Positions 23,280 to 36,196 of a stretch of 64,000 nt of DNA are shown piece by piece. The stretch comes from Nemertoderma westbladi (lineage: Eukaryota; Animalia; Xenacoelomorpha). Both the position numbers and the translations under genes were made by a program. Numbering within the stretch: position 1 is the first letter of the stretch; every line of letters begins with the position of its first letter. The notes under the pieces are model-generated. The model saw nothing but the letters and a program-made list of their open reading frames with translations, was not told the origin of the DNA and did no database searches. Location of the stretch: the NCBI GenBank assembly GCA_032718475.1, contig JAUCBJ010006975.1, positions 62,001 through 126,000 of the forward strand, written 5' to 3'.

Positions 23280-24442
23280 TTCATCGTTCATTGTTGCTCG
23301 CTCTTGCTCATTGTTGCTTGTTGTTGTACTTTATTAATTACTGTTGCTCGTTGTTGCTCGTTGTTGCTCCTTATTGCTCATTGTTAATCGTTGCTGCTCA
23401 TTATTGCTCCCTGCTGATCGTTGCTGCTCATTGTTGCTCGTTGTTGCTCTTTATTGGTCATTGTTGCTCATTGTTGCTAGTTGGTGTACTATATTATTGC
23501 TAGTTTTTGCTCATTGTTGCTCATTGTTGCTTGTTGTTGTACTTTATTATTGATCGTTGTTGCTCATTGTTGCTTGTTGTTGTACTTTATTATTGCTCGT
23601 TCAGTCGTTGTTCCTCATTGTTGCTCATTGTTGATCGTTGCTGCTCATTGTTGATCGTTGTTGCTCATTGTTGCTTGTTGTTGTACTTTATTATTGCTCG
23701 TTCAATCGTTGTTCCTCATTGTTGCTCATTGTTGATCGTTGCTGCTCATTGTTGCTCGTTGTTGTACTTTATTATTGCTCGTTTAGTCGTTGTTCCTCAT
23801 TGTTGCTCGTTGTTGTACTTTAATATTGCTCGTTGTTGATCGTTGTTGCTCGTTGTTGCTCGTTGTTGTACTTTATTATTGCTCGTTGTTGCTCCTTATT
23901 GGTCATTGTTGATCGTTGTTGCTCATTGTTGCTTGTTGGTGTACTTTATTATTGCTCGTTGTTGATCGTTGTTGCTCGTTGTTGTACTTTATTATTGCTC
24001 GTTCAGTCGTTTTTCCTCATTATTGTTCATTGTTGGTCGTTGTTGCTCGTTGTTTCTTGTTCTTTCTCATTGTTGCTCGTTGTTTCTCGTTCTTGCTCAT
24101 TGTTGCTCATTGTTACTCGTTGTTGCTCATTGTTGTACTTTATTATTGGTCGTTCAGTCGTTGTTCCTCATTATTGCTCATTGTTGGTCGTTGTTGCTCG
24201 TTGTTTCTCGTTGTTTCTCATTGTTGCTCGTTGTTTCTCGTTCTTGCTCATTGTTGATCATTGTTACTCGTTGTTGCTCATTGTTGTACTTTATTATTGG
24301 TCGTTCAGTCGTTGTTCCTCATTATTGCTCATTGTTGGTCGTTGTTTCTCGTTCTTGCTCATTGTTGCTCATTGTCGGTCATTGTTACTCGTTGTTGTAC
24401 TTTATTAATTATTATTGCTCGTTGTTGCTCTTTATTGCTCAT
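23280..24442. repeat. Low-complexity TTG-based minisatellite (TTGTTGCTC[A/G] units and TTGTACTTTATTATTGCTCG subunits)
   Basis: Directly visible degenerate tandem repeats with strong T-versus-A strand skew. Confidence 0.9.
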
Positions 24443-24443
24443 T

Positions 24444-24785
24444 CAGTTTGGGACCATCCTTATTTAAGCAATAAACATTATTGCTTAAATATATAAGGAA
24501 TGCTGAAAATCAACTAATTCTACCTTGCTTAAATAAGGAATTTTTTATTTTCAGATCACAAAATCTCAATTTAAAAATCAGAAAAATTTTTAGCGCAGGA
24601 TTATATTTGATGAAATGAAAGAGAAAGTGAAAAATTCTACATTAGATGCTGAAAACCGCAAAAAATTCCATCCGTGCGTTCTCGAATTATTCCATTTTAA
24701 AATTTTTATAATTATATGCCTTGCTTAATTACTGTATGCAATCTCTTTCAAAATGACAACTGTTGCTTAAATAAGGAATACTGTA
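24444..24785. mobile_element. Possible decayed Tc1/mariner-like non-autonomous element
   Basis: CCTTATTTAAGCAA near 24458, its reverse complement TTGCTTAAATAAGG near 24526 and 24763, and a right end reading ...AATACTG-TA. Confidence 0.35.
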
Positions 24786-25284
24786 TGTGTAGCACTTTTC
24801 ATTTTATTATTTATTTAAGCAATTTCATAAAAGTACAAATAATAGACTCTCCTAACCTAAAAATTTCATTTATAAGTAGTGTGGGGCGAGCCACGAAGTA
24901 AAGTGAGTCTTAACATTAGGGTATCATATTTATGTATTTGTAGGCCTACATGTGAGAGAAGTAAAAATTTATAATTATACTTTACATACACCAAAATCAC
25001 GTCAATACTTAAATATCGAACTCAAATTGAATTATTGTTATGTTATATATCTATACTTTACATCTGTACATATGTACATATGTATCTTTAAAGTAAAGTA
25101 AAGTAAAGTAATATAATGTACATACATTGCGATTATCCTTATGTCCGTAACAGTTGCGACACAAACCTGATTGCTCAAGTTTAGTTATATGCATTATTTT
25201 ACGTGTTTTTGCATATATATATTAAGTATTATTATAATGTGCCGTGCTGTACACTACTTCTGTACGTGCGTCAACAAATATTAA

Positions 25285-25530
25285 GAATCAATCTTTCGAG
25301 CCACAATAGAAGGTGTATTTTTATATGGGGGTGAGACGTGGACGTGAAACACTTGAACAACGAATTGATGGTTGCTACACAAGACTACTAAGGGCCGCCC
25401 AAAACATCAGCTGGATACAACATCTGACAAACGCCGAGCTTTATGGTACAATACCACCTGTATCAACCACCCTCCGTGAACGCAGATTAAGATTCAGTGG
25501 GCACTGCTGGAGAAGTAAAGAAAGACGAGG
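25285..25530 (+). pseudogene. RTE-like LINE ORF2 C-terminal fragment (second family)
   Basis: FRATIEGVFLYG, then after a frameshift IDGCYTRLLRAAQNISW..HLTNAELYG.IPPVS..LRERRLRFSGHCWR. Confidence 0.8.
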
Positions 25531-25589
25531 TCATACCAGATCTACTTGCTGCATCTAGGTCCCTGAACTTTATGGAGGTCACTTTAATG

Positions 25590-25655
25590 ATGCCGAACCG
25601 AACCGAAGCAGGGCAAACTTCGGGTCGAACTGAACCGAATCCGAACTGAACTTCA
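25590..25655. repeat. CCGAA/CCGAAC repeat cluster, possible hAT subterminal relic
   Basis: CCGAACCGAACCGAA...CGAACTGAACCGAATCCGAACTGAAC. Confidence 0.35.
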
Positions 25656-25879
25656 GAAAGTCAACAAGTGTGGTCGTGATGCCATATTTATTTACGTCAC
25701 AATACTGGCATTTGGTCCGCGGACTGGAGTGTTGGGTAATAAAATAGCTACAGTCTGACCCTCCTTTATTCCTACGTTTAACAGTTTAAGATTCATATTG
25801 AACCCCAAACTAAAATGCCTGGCCATTTAAACCATCCAAGTCGACTTTGCCTGGATTGTTGTTATGAATTAAGGCCGTG

Positions 25880-26130
25880 TTTAACATATACAAAAATGCT
25901 ATGCCAAGTTCATTGTGTCAAGTACTTACAATGCACACATCTTCAACGAAACACTATAGGCCTACAGCATTCTGGCGATAGCTCATTGGTGCGCCAAAGT
26001 TTGGCTCTTGAACAGTGCCGCTTCCACTTTGCAGGATATTGCTATCGCGATGAGGCCCAGCCCTGTCATTGCGGGTAGCGCGTTGTGGCAGCGCAATTTT
26101 GATGAAGCTTTGTCGGCATAGCATTCTCAA
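25880..26130 (+). pseudogene. Old, internally deleted 3' fragment of the same LINE family as 14098-15587
   Basis: Nucleotide similarity to about 15200-15552: CATTGTGTCAAGTAC, CAATGCACACATCT, TCATTGGT, CTTTGCAGGA.ATTGCT.TCGC..TGAGG.CCAGCC, GTTGTGGC.G.GCAATTTTG, CGGCA.AGCATTCT. Confidence 0.8.
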
Positions 26131-27224
26131 TTCACAATATAGTTTCCCTACAGTACGCCGATAGATACATGAATACATTCAACTCAGTGCGCCCATCCAT
26201 CAGCGAACGGTTACAATGGGTGTTTTCCAAGTGATGGTGAGTCTGGGTCTTGTTCTCGCAGCTCCCAACTCCCACTTTGACCAACTCCTCGAGGTAAAAT
26301 TCTGGAAATCGCCACATATGTGGCCAACACAGTAAACTTAAAAGTGATCAACAAACGAAATTTCGGTAGTAGAGTCTCCAAAAGTGGTCACTTTTTATGA
26401 TGACAATAAAAACAACAGTTAGAAGAGTTCTATTGAATGGGCGAGTGCACGTGTTTACTTATTATAGGCAATGGAAGAAGTTTAAACTATCGGTTACAAC
26501 AATCCGCCTCAATTATTTTGTTACTAAAATAATAATTCAAGCACACAGAAAATCTAAGTAAAATATAAAATTATTTTTAAAAACGCATCTACCAGGTGAA
26601 ACACAAGAATAGCGAAAGTTGGAAAACAGAAAGAATATCATAGGTCCTAGACATATCATAGAAAAGCAATATTGCTTACCTTAACCAGTCAGAGGAGCAA
26701 AAGATTCAACATTCTAAATCCCCGAGAATTTTTCTAGAATTGTAAAAAGTTTTTATTTATTTGTATTGAATTTTATTTCACAGTACCAAATTGCCAGGGC
26801 GACATATTTTCTAACTTTATATCGCAGTGCGACATTATTTCTCAGTATGTCCCTACGCCATACATTTACTATGTATTTCCAGTATATCCAATATATCCAG
26901 TATGTCACCGCGTCATTATTAGGTTGTTCTAGAAAGTTAAAGTGGATAACTACAAATAATTCCCCACAAATAAATAAAATTAGATTCGCCATTGTTCATA
27001 ATTAGCACATTAAAGCATTTACGGCCCTCATTTTGTTAACAACATCACTCGTGCCGTAACGTGATAAAGTGCTATTTCATGAACAATGGCGTATATAGTT
27101 AATATATAAGTGGAGAGTTAATATATAAAACCACATAGAAATTCAAATATTTTGAGTTTACTTCTGCAGTAGGCCTATATTTACTTTTAGATACGGCAAA
27201 AAATATCGGCAGATTGTATCCACT

Positions 27225-27920
27225 GCGTTCTGAGTTATAAGGGAATTCAGAGATATCGAGATTTTTGAGTCGAAAAGAATATCTGCCGAGATAATGTAAA
27301 GATTGATCGGATAGTTTCTTACATGAACACACGTTTAGGTACCGCTGACGGGGTATTCCTCGCGAGATGTGGAGTACTGCGTCGTCCGTCAGCAAATGAC
27401 AAGCTGGGGAGAGAACCGGGGCGACACAGACCACGGACGCCAAGATCGGTGAGGGTGTAGCAGTGATCCAGAGTCAAGGAGACCAGTTCTAGAAACGAAA
27501 TCGCGTGGAGCAAACCCAATTTTGTGAACCGGGAACAACGGGTAAGATCAAGTCTCTTTAGTCCGGGAATTCTATTAAACGATTTGCGAACAGCTGGAGA
27601 TCTGGGTAAAGTCCCACTCAACTTACATCGCGAAATTAACTTTGCTTTTGCGTCAACTGAATATAGTTCCCTATTGGTTGATGGAACTGAAGCCGCGTTT
27701 TCATTGCCTGATTGTTCAACCATTCCGCACAAACCAAAATCAGACAGCTAGTAATTCCAGGTGACGGTGGCAGATAAACTGCGCAACGTGCGACCCCACC
27801 GGGAGAGATTCATCAATGATTCATACATGATTGTCCTCTATCGATGTTCTTCCTAAATCGATGATGGTCATTGTGGACGAACGTGATTCGATGAAATCAA
27901 AGAAAACCTTCCAACTAAAT
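27225..27920 (-). pseudogene. Decayed exon of a cysteine-containing leucine-rich-repeat protein (F-box/LRR or AMN1-type)
   Basis: LRSLS...LSDFGL, LKRLDLTRCSRFTKLGL, LVSLTLDHCYTLTDLGV, CHLLTDDAVLHISRG, RYLNVCSCKKLSDQSL, LKNLDISE. Interrupted by stops and frameshifts. Possible acceptor TTGTTATTTAG near 27918. Confidence 0.72.
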
Positions 27921-28310
27921 AATAACAAAATAATGACAATTATAATAATGACAACATAGACAGGTTTGGGACCAAACAAACAGACAAAGATGTCTTCTAT
28001 TGGACGTTTCGCCATAATGGATTTTACAGTACACGTTAAACAATTATTTACATACAGTTGCTGTAACTAACTGTAGCTGAAGCTGTAGCTAATAACTAAC
28101 TCTCTTTTCTTTTCTTTTCTTTTCTTTAACTAACTCATTTTTCGAGTAGCTCTGACGTGAGATAGTCCCGTCACTGCAAACTGGATAATAAAGCAGCACT
28201 CATTAACATAAATGGAAATAAGAAATAGGAAGCACGCTAGAACGCATTAATATAAATGGAAATAATACATTTTGGAATACGGTAATTGAAGTTGTTTCCA
28301 AGTCATTTAT

Positions 28311-28354
28311 TACTTTGCAGCGTTCCGTCCTATAGGCCGCAACGCTGCAAAGTA
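28311..28354. repeat. Near-perfect 44-bp palindrome, probably the terminal hairpin of a non-autonomous DNA element
   Basis: TACTTTGCAGCGTT-ccgtCCTATAGGccgc-AACGCTGCAAAGTA. Confidence 0.65.
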
Positions 28355-28835
28355 GTATTTTGCAGCGTTACGAGTAATTCACCAGAATGCTGTTAAGTTG
28401 ACATGATGTAACAAAATAACTATAAGGTTCTGGCTCAGATAGAGTGAAAAATAATTTAACAACAACATTTTTTTCAAATTTTTGTAAACTCCATAAAAGT
28501 ACAGTATATCATTCGCATCGCCTCGGCGAGCTGATTTCAAATATATTACTTAAGATAAAGATAATTAAGGGCTAAAAAGTATCAGCAATATTCTAAATAG
28601 ATCGCTCAAGGTCTACATTTCTTATATAGTCCCTTGAATTAACAATTCAAGGTCTACAAACTTGTATGTAGAACTTGAATGTAATTATCCTCAATACTTA
28701 AAGTATATATATACCTTGAATATTATTACCAATGTTATTACTCAATGCCATATACATTACCTTGACCAGGCATGTACCATGACCTACTAAACCTTAGTAA
28801 AACTAAGTTAAACTTAAAATTAAACTTTAGTAGGT

Positions 28836-28950
28836 CATGGATGTACCGAAATTCCGTTCCGGTCGGAATTCCTGCCGTTTTGGACTGATTCAGATTCCGC
28901 CCGGAATGACAGAAATTCCGGAATTTTCGGGAAAACGTTCTATAAAACAT
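28836..28950 (+). mobile_element. Possible hAT-like element terminus with TTCCG subterminal repeats
   Basis: Begins CATGGATGTACCGAAATTCCGTTCCGG, followed by several ATTCCG/CGGAAT motifs. No matching opposite end seen. Confidence 0.4.
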
Positions 28951-28977
28951 CCTACTAATAGTATTTTTATTGGATTA

Positions 28978-31900
28978 ATTAATTGTTTATGGATACTCAG
29001 TATTCTTCAAGTAACGTCGTCAGTTTTTTTTCCAGCTTGCTGGCTTTCTATTAATTGTTTATGGATACTCAGTATTCTTCAAGTAACGTCGTCAGTTTTT
29101 TTTCCAGCTTGCTGGCTTTCTATTAATTGTTTATGGATAGTCAGTATTCTTCAAGTAACGTCGTCAGTTTTTTTTCCAGCTTGCTGGCTTTCTATTAATT
29201 GTTTATGGATAGTCAGTATTCTTCAAGTACAGTAACGTCGTCAGTTTTTTTTCCAGCTTGCTGGCTTTCTATTAATTGTTTATGGATACTCAGTATTCTT
29301 CAAGTAACGTCGTCAGTTTTTTTTCCAGCTTGCTGGCTTTCTATTAATTGTTTATGGATACTCAGTATTCTTCAAGTAACGTCGTCAGTTTTTTTTCCAG
29401 CTTGCTGGCTTTCTATTAATTGTTTATGGATACTCAGTATTCTTTAAGTAACGTCGTCAGTTTTTTTTTCCAGCTTGCTGGCTTTCTATTAATTGTTTAT
29501 GGATAGTCAGTATTCTTCAAGTAACGTCGTCAGTTTTTTTTCCAGCTTGCTGGCTTTCTATTAATTGTTTATGGATAGTCAGTATTCTTCAAGTAACGTC
29601 GTCAGTTTTTTTTTCCAGCTTGCTGGCTTTCTATTAATTGTTTATGGATAGTCAGTATTCTTCAAGTAACGTCGTCAGTTTTTTTTCCAGCTTGCTGGCT
29701 TTCTATTAATTGTTTATGGATACTCAGTATTCTTCAAGTAACGTCGTCAGTTTTTTTTCCAGCTTGCTGGCTTTCTATTAATTGTTTATGGATAGTCAGT
29801 ATTCTTCAAGTAACGTCGTCAGTTTTTTTTCCAGCTTGCTGGCTTTCTATTAATTGTTTATGGATAGTCAGTATTCTTCAAGTAACGTCGTCAGTTTTTT
29901 TTCCAGCTTGCTGGCTTTCTATTAATTGTTTATGGATAGTCAGTATTCTTCAAGTAACGTCGTCAGTTTTTTTTCCAGCTTGCTGGCTTTCTATTAATTG
30001 TTTATGGATAGTCAGTATTCTTCAAGTAACGTCGTCAGTTTTTTTTTCCAGCTTGCTGGCTTTCTATTAATTGTTTATGGATAGTCAGTATTCTTCAAGT
30101 AACGTCGTCAGTTTTTTTTCCAGCTTGCTGGCTTTCTATTAATTGTTTATGGATAGTCAGTATTCTTCAAGTAACGTCGTCAGTTTTTTTTTCCAGCTTG
30201 CTGGCTTTCTATTAATTGTTTATGGATAGTCAGTATTCTTCAAGTAACGTCGTCAGTTTTTTTTCCAGCTTGCTGGCTTTCTATTAATTGTTTATGGATA
30301 GTCAGTATTCTTCAAGTAACGTCGTCAGTTTTTTTTTCCAGCTTGCTGGCTTTCTATTAATTGTTTATGGATAGTCAGTATTCTTCAAGTAACGTCGTCA
30401 GTTTTTTTTCCAGCTTGCTGGCTTTCTATTAATTGTTTATGGATAGTCAGTATTCTTCAAGTAACGTCGTCAGTTTTTTTTTCCAGCTTGCTGGCTTTCT
30501 ATTAATTGTTTATGGATAGTCAGTATTCTTCAAGTAACGTCGTCAGTTTTTTTTCCAGTTTGTTGGCTTTCTATTAATTGTTTATGGATAGTCAGTATTC
30601 TTCAAGTAACGTCGTCAGTTTTTTTTTCCAGCTTGCTGGCTTTCTATTAATTGTTTATGGATACTCAGTATTCTTCAAGTAACGTCGTCAGTTTTTTTTT
30701 CCAGCTTGCTGGCTTTCTATTAATTGTTTATGGATAGTCAGTATTCTTCAAGTAACGTCGTCAGTTTTTTTTCCAGCTTGCTGGCTTTCTATTAATTGTT
30801 TATGGATAGTCAGTATTCTTCAAGTAACGTCGTCAGTTTTTTTTCCAGCTTGCTGGCTTTCTATTAATTGTTTATGGATAGTCAGTATTCTTCAAGTAAC
30901 GTCGTCAGTTTTTTTTTCCAGCTTGCTGGCTTTCTATTAATTGTTTATGGATAGTCAGTATTCTTCAAGTAACGTCGTCAGTTTTTTTTCCAGCTTGCTG
31001 GCTTTCTATTAATTGTTTATGGATTGTCAGTATTCTTCAAGTAACGTCGCCAGTTTTTTTTTCCAGCTTGCTGGCTTTCTATTAATTGTTTATGAATAGT
31101 CAGTATTCTTCAAGTAACGTCGTCAGTTTTTTTTCCAGCTTGCTGGCTTTCTATTAATAATTGTTTATGGATAGTCAGTATTCTTCAAGTAACGTCGTCA
31201 GTTTTTTTTTTCAGTTTGCTGGCTTTCTATTAATTGTTTATGGATAGTCAGTATTCTTCAATTAACGTCGTCAGTTTTTTTTCCAGCTTGCTGGCTTTCT
31301 ATTAATTGTTTTTGGATAGTCAGTATTCTTCAAGTAACATCGTCAGTTTTTTTTCCAGCTTGCTGGCTTTCTATTAATTGTTAATGGATACTCAGTATTC
31401 TTCAAGTAACGTCGTCAGTTTTTTTTCCAGCTTGCTGGCTTTCTATTAATTGTTTATGGATAGTCAGTATTCTTCAAGTAACGTCGTCAGTTTTTTTTTC
31501 AGCTTGCTGGCTTTCTATTAATTGTTTATGGATAGTCAGTATTCTTCAAGTAACGTCGTCAGTTTTTTTTTCCAGTTTGCTGGCTTTCTATTAATTGTTT
31601 ATGGATAGTCAGTATTCTTCAAGTAACGTCGTCAGTTTTTTTTTCAGCTTGCTGGCTTTCTATTAATTGTTTATGGATACTCAGTATTCTTCAAGTAACG
31701 TCGTCAGTTTTTTTTTTCAGCTTGCTGGCTTTCTATTAGTAATTGTTTATGGATACTCAGTATTCTTCAAGTAACGTCGTCAGTTTTTTTTCCAGCTTGC
31801 TGGCTTTCTATTAATCGTTTATGGATACTCAGTATTCTTCAAGTAACGTCGTCAGTTTTTTTTCCAGCTTGCTGGCTTTCTATTAATTGTTTATGGATAG

Positions 31901-34900
31901 TCAGTATTCTTCAAGTAACGTCGTCAGTTTTTTTTTCCAGCTTGCTGGCTTTCTATTAATTGTTTATGGATACTCAGTATTCTTCAAGTAACATCGTCAG
32001 TTTTTTTTCCAGCTTGCTGGCTTTCTATTAATTGTTTATGGATAGTCAGTATTCTTCAAGTAACGTCGTCAGTTTTTTTTTCCAGCTTGCTGGCTTTCTA
32101 TTAATTGTTAATGGATACTCAGTATTCTTCAAGTAACGTCGTCAGTTTTTTTTCCAGCTTGCTGGCTTTCTATTAATTGTTTATGGATAGTCAGTATTCT
32201 TCAAGTAACGTCGTCAGTTTTTTTTTCCAGCTTGCTGGCTTTCTATTAATTGTTTATGGATAGTCAGTATTCTTCAAGTAACGTCGTCAGTTTTTTTTCC
32301 AGCTTGCTGGCTTTCTATTAATTGTTTATGGATAGTCAGTATTCTTCAAGTAACGTCGTCAGTTTTTTTTTCCAGCTTGCTGGCTTTCTATTAAATGTTT
32401 ATGGATACTCAGTATTCTTCAAGTAACGTCGTCAGTTTTTTTTTCCAGCTTGCTGGCTTTCTATTAATTGCTTATGGATAGTCAGTATTCTTCAAGTAAC
32501 GTCGTCAGTTTTTTTTCCAGCTTGCTGGCTTTCTATTAATTGTTTATGGATAGTCAGTATTCTTCAAGTAACGTCGTCAGTTTTTTTTTCCAGCTTGCTG
32601 GCTTTCTATTAATTGTTTATGGATAGTCAGTATTCTTCAAGTAACGTCGTCAGTTTTTTTTTCCAGTTTGCTGGCTTTCTATTAATTGTTTATGGATAGT
32701 CAGTATTCTTCAAGTAACGTCGTCAGTTTTTTTTCCAGCTTGCTGGCTTTCTATTAATTGTTTATGGATTGTCAGTATTCTTCAAGTAACGTCGTCAGTT
32801 TTTTTTTCCAGTTTGCTGGCTTTCTATTAATTGTTTATGGATAGTCAGTATTCTTCAAGTAACGTCGTCAGTTTTTTTTCCAGCTTGCTGGCTTTCTATT
32901 AATTGTTTATGGATAGTCAGTATTCTTCAAGTAACGTCGTCAGTTTTTTTTCCAGCTTGCTGGCTTTCTATTAATTGTTTATGGATAGTCAGTATTCTTC
33001 AAGTAACGTCGTCAGTTTTTTTTCCAGCGTGCTGGCTTTCTATTAATTGTTTATGGATAGTCAGTATTCTTCAAGTAACGTCGTCAGTTTTTTTTCCAGC
33101 TTGCTGGTTTTCTATTAATTGTTTATGGATAGTCAGTATTCTTCATGTAACGTCGTCAGTTTTATTTCCAGCTTGCTGGCTTTCTATTAATTGTTTATGG
33201 ATAGTCAGTATTCTTCAAGTAACGTCGTCAGTTTTTTTTTCCAGTTTGCTGGCTTTCTATTAATTGTTTATGGATAGTCAGTATTCTTCAAGTAACGTCG
33301 TCAGTTTTTTTTTCCAGCTTGCTGGCTTTCTATTAATTGTTTATGGATAGTCAGTATTCTTCAAGTAACGTCGTCAGTTTTTTTTCCAGCTTGCTGGCTT
33401 TCTATTAATTGTTTATGGATAGTCAGTATTCTTCAAGTAACGTCGTCAGTTTTTTTTCCAGCTTGCTGGCTTTCTATTAATTGTTTATGGATAGTCAGTA
33501 TTCTTCAAGTAACATCGTCAGTTTTTTTTTCCAGCTTGCTGGCTTTCTATTAATTGTTTATGGTTAGTCAGTATTCTTCAAGTAACGTCGTCAGTTTTTT
33601 TTTCCAGCTTGCTGGCTTTCTATTAATTGTTTATGGATAGTCAGTATTCTTCAAGTAACGTCGTCAGTTTTTTTTCCAGCTTGCTGGCTTTCTATTAATT
33701 GTTTATGGATACTCAGTATTCTTCAAGTAACGTCGTCAGTTTTTTTTCCAGCTTGCTGGCTTTCTATTAATTGTTTATGGATACTCAGTATTCTTCAAGT
33801 AACGTCGTCAGTTTTTCTTTCCAGCTTGCTGGCTTTCTATTAATTGTTTATGGATAGTCAGTATTCTTCAAGTAACGTCGTCAGTTTTTTTTCCAGCTTG
33901 CTGGCTTTCTATTATAATTGTTTATGGATACTCAGTATTCTTCAAGTAACGTCGTCAGTTTTTTTTTCCAGCTTGCTGGCTTTCTATTTAATTGTTTATG
34001 GATACTCAGTATTCTTCAAGTAACGTCGTCAGTTTTTCTTTCCAGCTTGCTGGCTTTCTATTAATTGTTTATGGATAGTCAGTATTCTTCAAGTAACGTC
34101 GTCAGTTTTTTTTCCAGCTTGCTGGCTTTCTATTAATTGTTTATGGATAGTCAGTATTCTTCAAGTAACGTCGTCAGTTTTTTTTCCAGCTTGCTGGCTT
34201 TCTATTAATTGTTTATGGATAGTCAGTATTCTTCAAGTAACGTCGTCAGTTTTTTTTCCAGCTTGCTGGCTTTCTATTAATTGTTTATGGATAGTCAGTA
34301 TTCTTCAAGTAACGTCGTCAGTTTTTTTTCCAGCTTGCTGGCTTTCTATTAATTGTTTATGGATAGTCAGTATTCTTCAAGTAACGTCGTCAGTTTTTTT
34401 TCCAGCTTGCTGGCTTTCTATTAATTGTTTATGGATAGTCAGTATTCTTCAAGTAACGTCGTCAGTTTTTTTTCCAGCTTGCTGGCTTTCTATTAATTGT
34501 TTATGGATAGTCAGTATTCTTCAAGTAACGTCGTCAGTTTTTTTTCCAGCTTGCTGGCTTTCTATTAATTGTTTATGGATAGTCAGTATTCTTCAAGTAA
34601 CGTCGTCAGTTTTTTTTCCAGCTTGCTGGCTTTCTATTAATTGTTTATGGATAGTCAGTATTCTTCAAGTAACGTCGTCAGTTTTTTTTCCAGCTTGCTG
34701 GCTTTCTATTAATTGTTTATGGATAGTCAGTATTCTTCAAGTAACGTCGTCAGTTTTTTTTTCCAGCTTGCTGGCTTTCTATTAATTGTTTATGGATAGT
34801 CAGTATTCTTCAAGTAACGTCGTCAGTTTTTTTTCCAGCTTGCTGGCTTTCTATTAATTGTTTATGGATACTCAGTATTCTTCAAGTAACGTCGTCAGTT

Positions 34901-36196
34901 TTTTTTCCAGCTTGCTGGCTTTCTATTAATTGTTTATGGATAGTCAGTATTCTTCAAGTAACGTCGTCAGTTTTTTTTCCAGCTTGCTGGCTTTCTATTA
35001 ATTGTTTATGGATAGTCAGTATTCTTCAAGTAACGTCGTCAGTTTTTTTTTCCAGCTTGCTGGCTTTCTATTAATTGTTTATGGATAGTCAGTATTCTTC
35101 AAGTAACGTCGTCAGTTTTTTTTTCCAGCTTGCTGGCTTTCTATTAATTGTTTATGGATACTCAGTATTCTTCAAGTAACGTCGTCAGTTTTTTTTCCAG
35201 CTTGCTGGCTTTCTATTAATTGTTTATGGATAGTCAGTATTCTTCAAGTAACGTCGTCAGTTTTTTTTCCAGCTTGCTGGCTTTCTATTAATTGTTTATG
35301 GATAGTCAGTATTCTTCAAGTAACGTCGTCAGTTTTTTTTTCCAGCTTGCTGGCTTTCTATTAATTGTTTATGGATAGTCAGTATTCTTCAAGTAACGTC
35401 GTCAGTTTTTTTTTCCAGCTTGCTGGCTTTCTATTAATTGTTTATGGATAGTCAGTATTCTTCAAGTAACGTCGTCAGTTTTTTTTCCAGCTTGCTGGCT
35501 TTCTATTAATTGTTTATGGATACTCAGTATTCTTCAAGTAACGTCGTCAGTTTTTTTTCCAGCTTGCTGGCTTTCTATTAATTGTTTATGGATACTCAGT
35601 ATTCTTCAAGTAACGTCGTCAGTTTTTTTTTCCAGCTTGCTGGCTTTCTATTAATTGTTTATGGATACTCAGTATTCTTCAAGTAACGTCGTCAGTTTTT
35701 TTTCCAGCTTGCTGGCTTTCTATTAATTGTTTATGGATAGTCAGTATTCTTCAAGTAACGTCGTCAGTTTTTTTTCCAGCTTGCTGGCTTTCTATTAATT
35801 GTTTATGGATAGTCAGTATTCTTCAAGTAACGTCGTCAGTTTTTTTTCCAGCTTGCTGGCTTTCTATTAATTGTTTATGGATAGTCAGTATTCTTCAAGT
35901 AACGTCGTCAGTTTTTTTTCCAGCTTGCTGGCTTTCTATTAATTGTTTATGGATAGTCAGTATTCTTCAAGTAACGTCGTCAGTTTTTTTTCCAGCTTGC
36001 TGGCTTTCTATTAATTGTTTATGGATAGTCAGTATTCTTCAAGTAACGTCGTCAGTTTTTTTTCCAGCTTGCTGGCTTTCTATTAATTGTTTATGGATAG
36101 TCAGTATTCTTCAAGTAACGTCGTCAGTTTTTTTTCCAGCTTGCTGGCTTTCTATTAATTGTTTATGGATAGTCAGTATTCTTCAAGTAACGTCGT
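28978..36196. repeat. 72-bp tandem satellite, about 100 copies
   Basis: Unit ATTAATTGTTTATGGATA(GT/CT)CAGTATTCTTCAAGTAACGTCGTCAGT(8-9)CCAGCTTGCTGGCTTTCT, with very high identity between units. Confidence 0.98.

Noticed and set aside
23264-24496. Hydrophobic Cys/Leu/Val-rich ORFs resembling membrane proteins
   Set aside because: All three plus frames are open because the TTG repeat lacks stop codons. This is a low-complexity artefact.
26132-26317. Short ORF or possible exon
   Set aside because: No recognisable motif, and the candidate splice frames contain stops.
28837-36196. Repetitive protein (INCLWIVSILQVTSSVFFPACWLS)n encoded by the 72-bp repeat
   Set aside because: One frame is open only because the unit is 72 bp. 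Frequent T9 and indel variants break it, and there is no codon-position pattern of variation.
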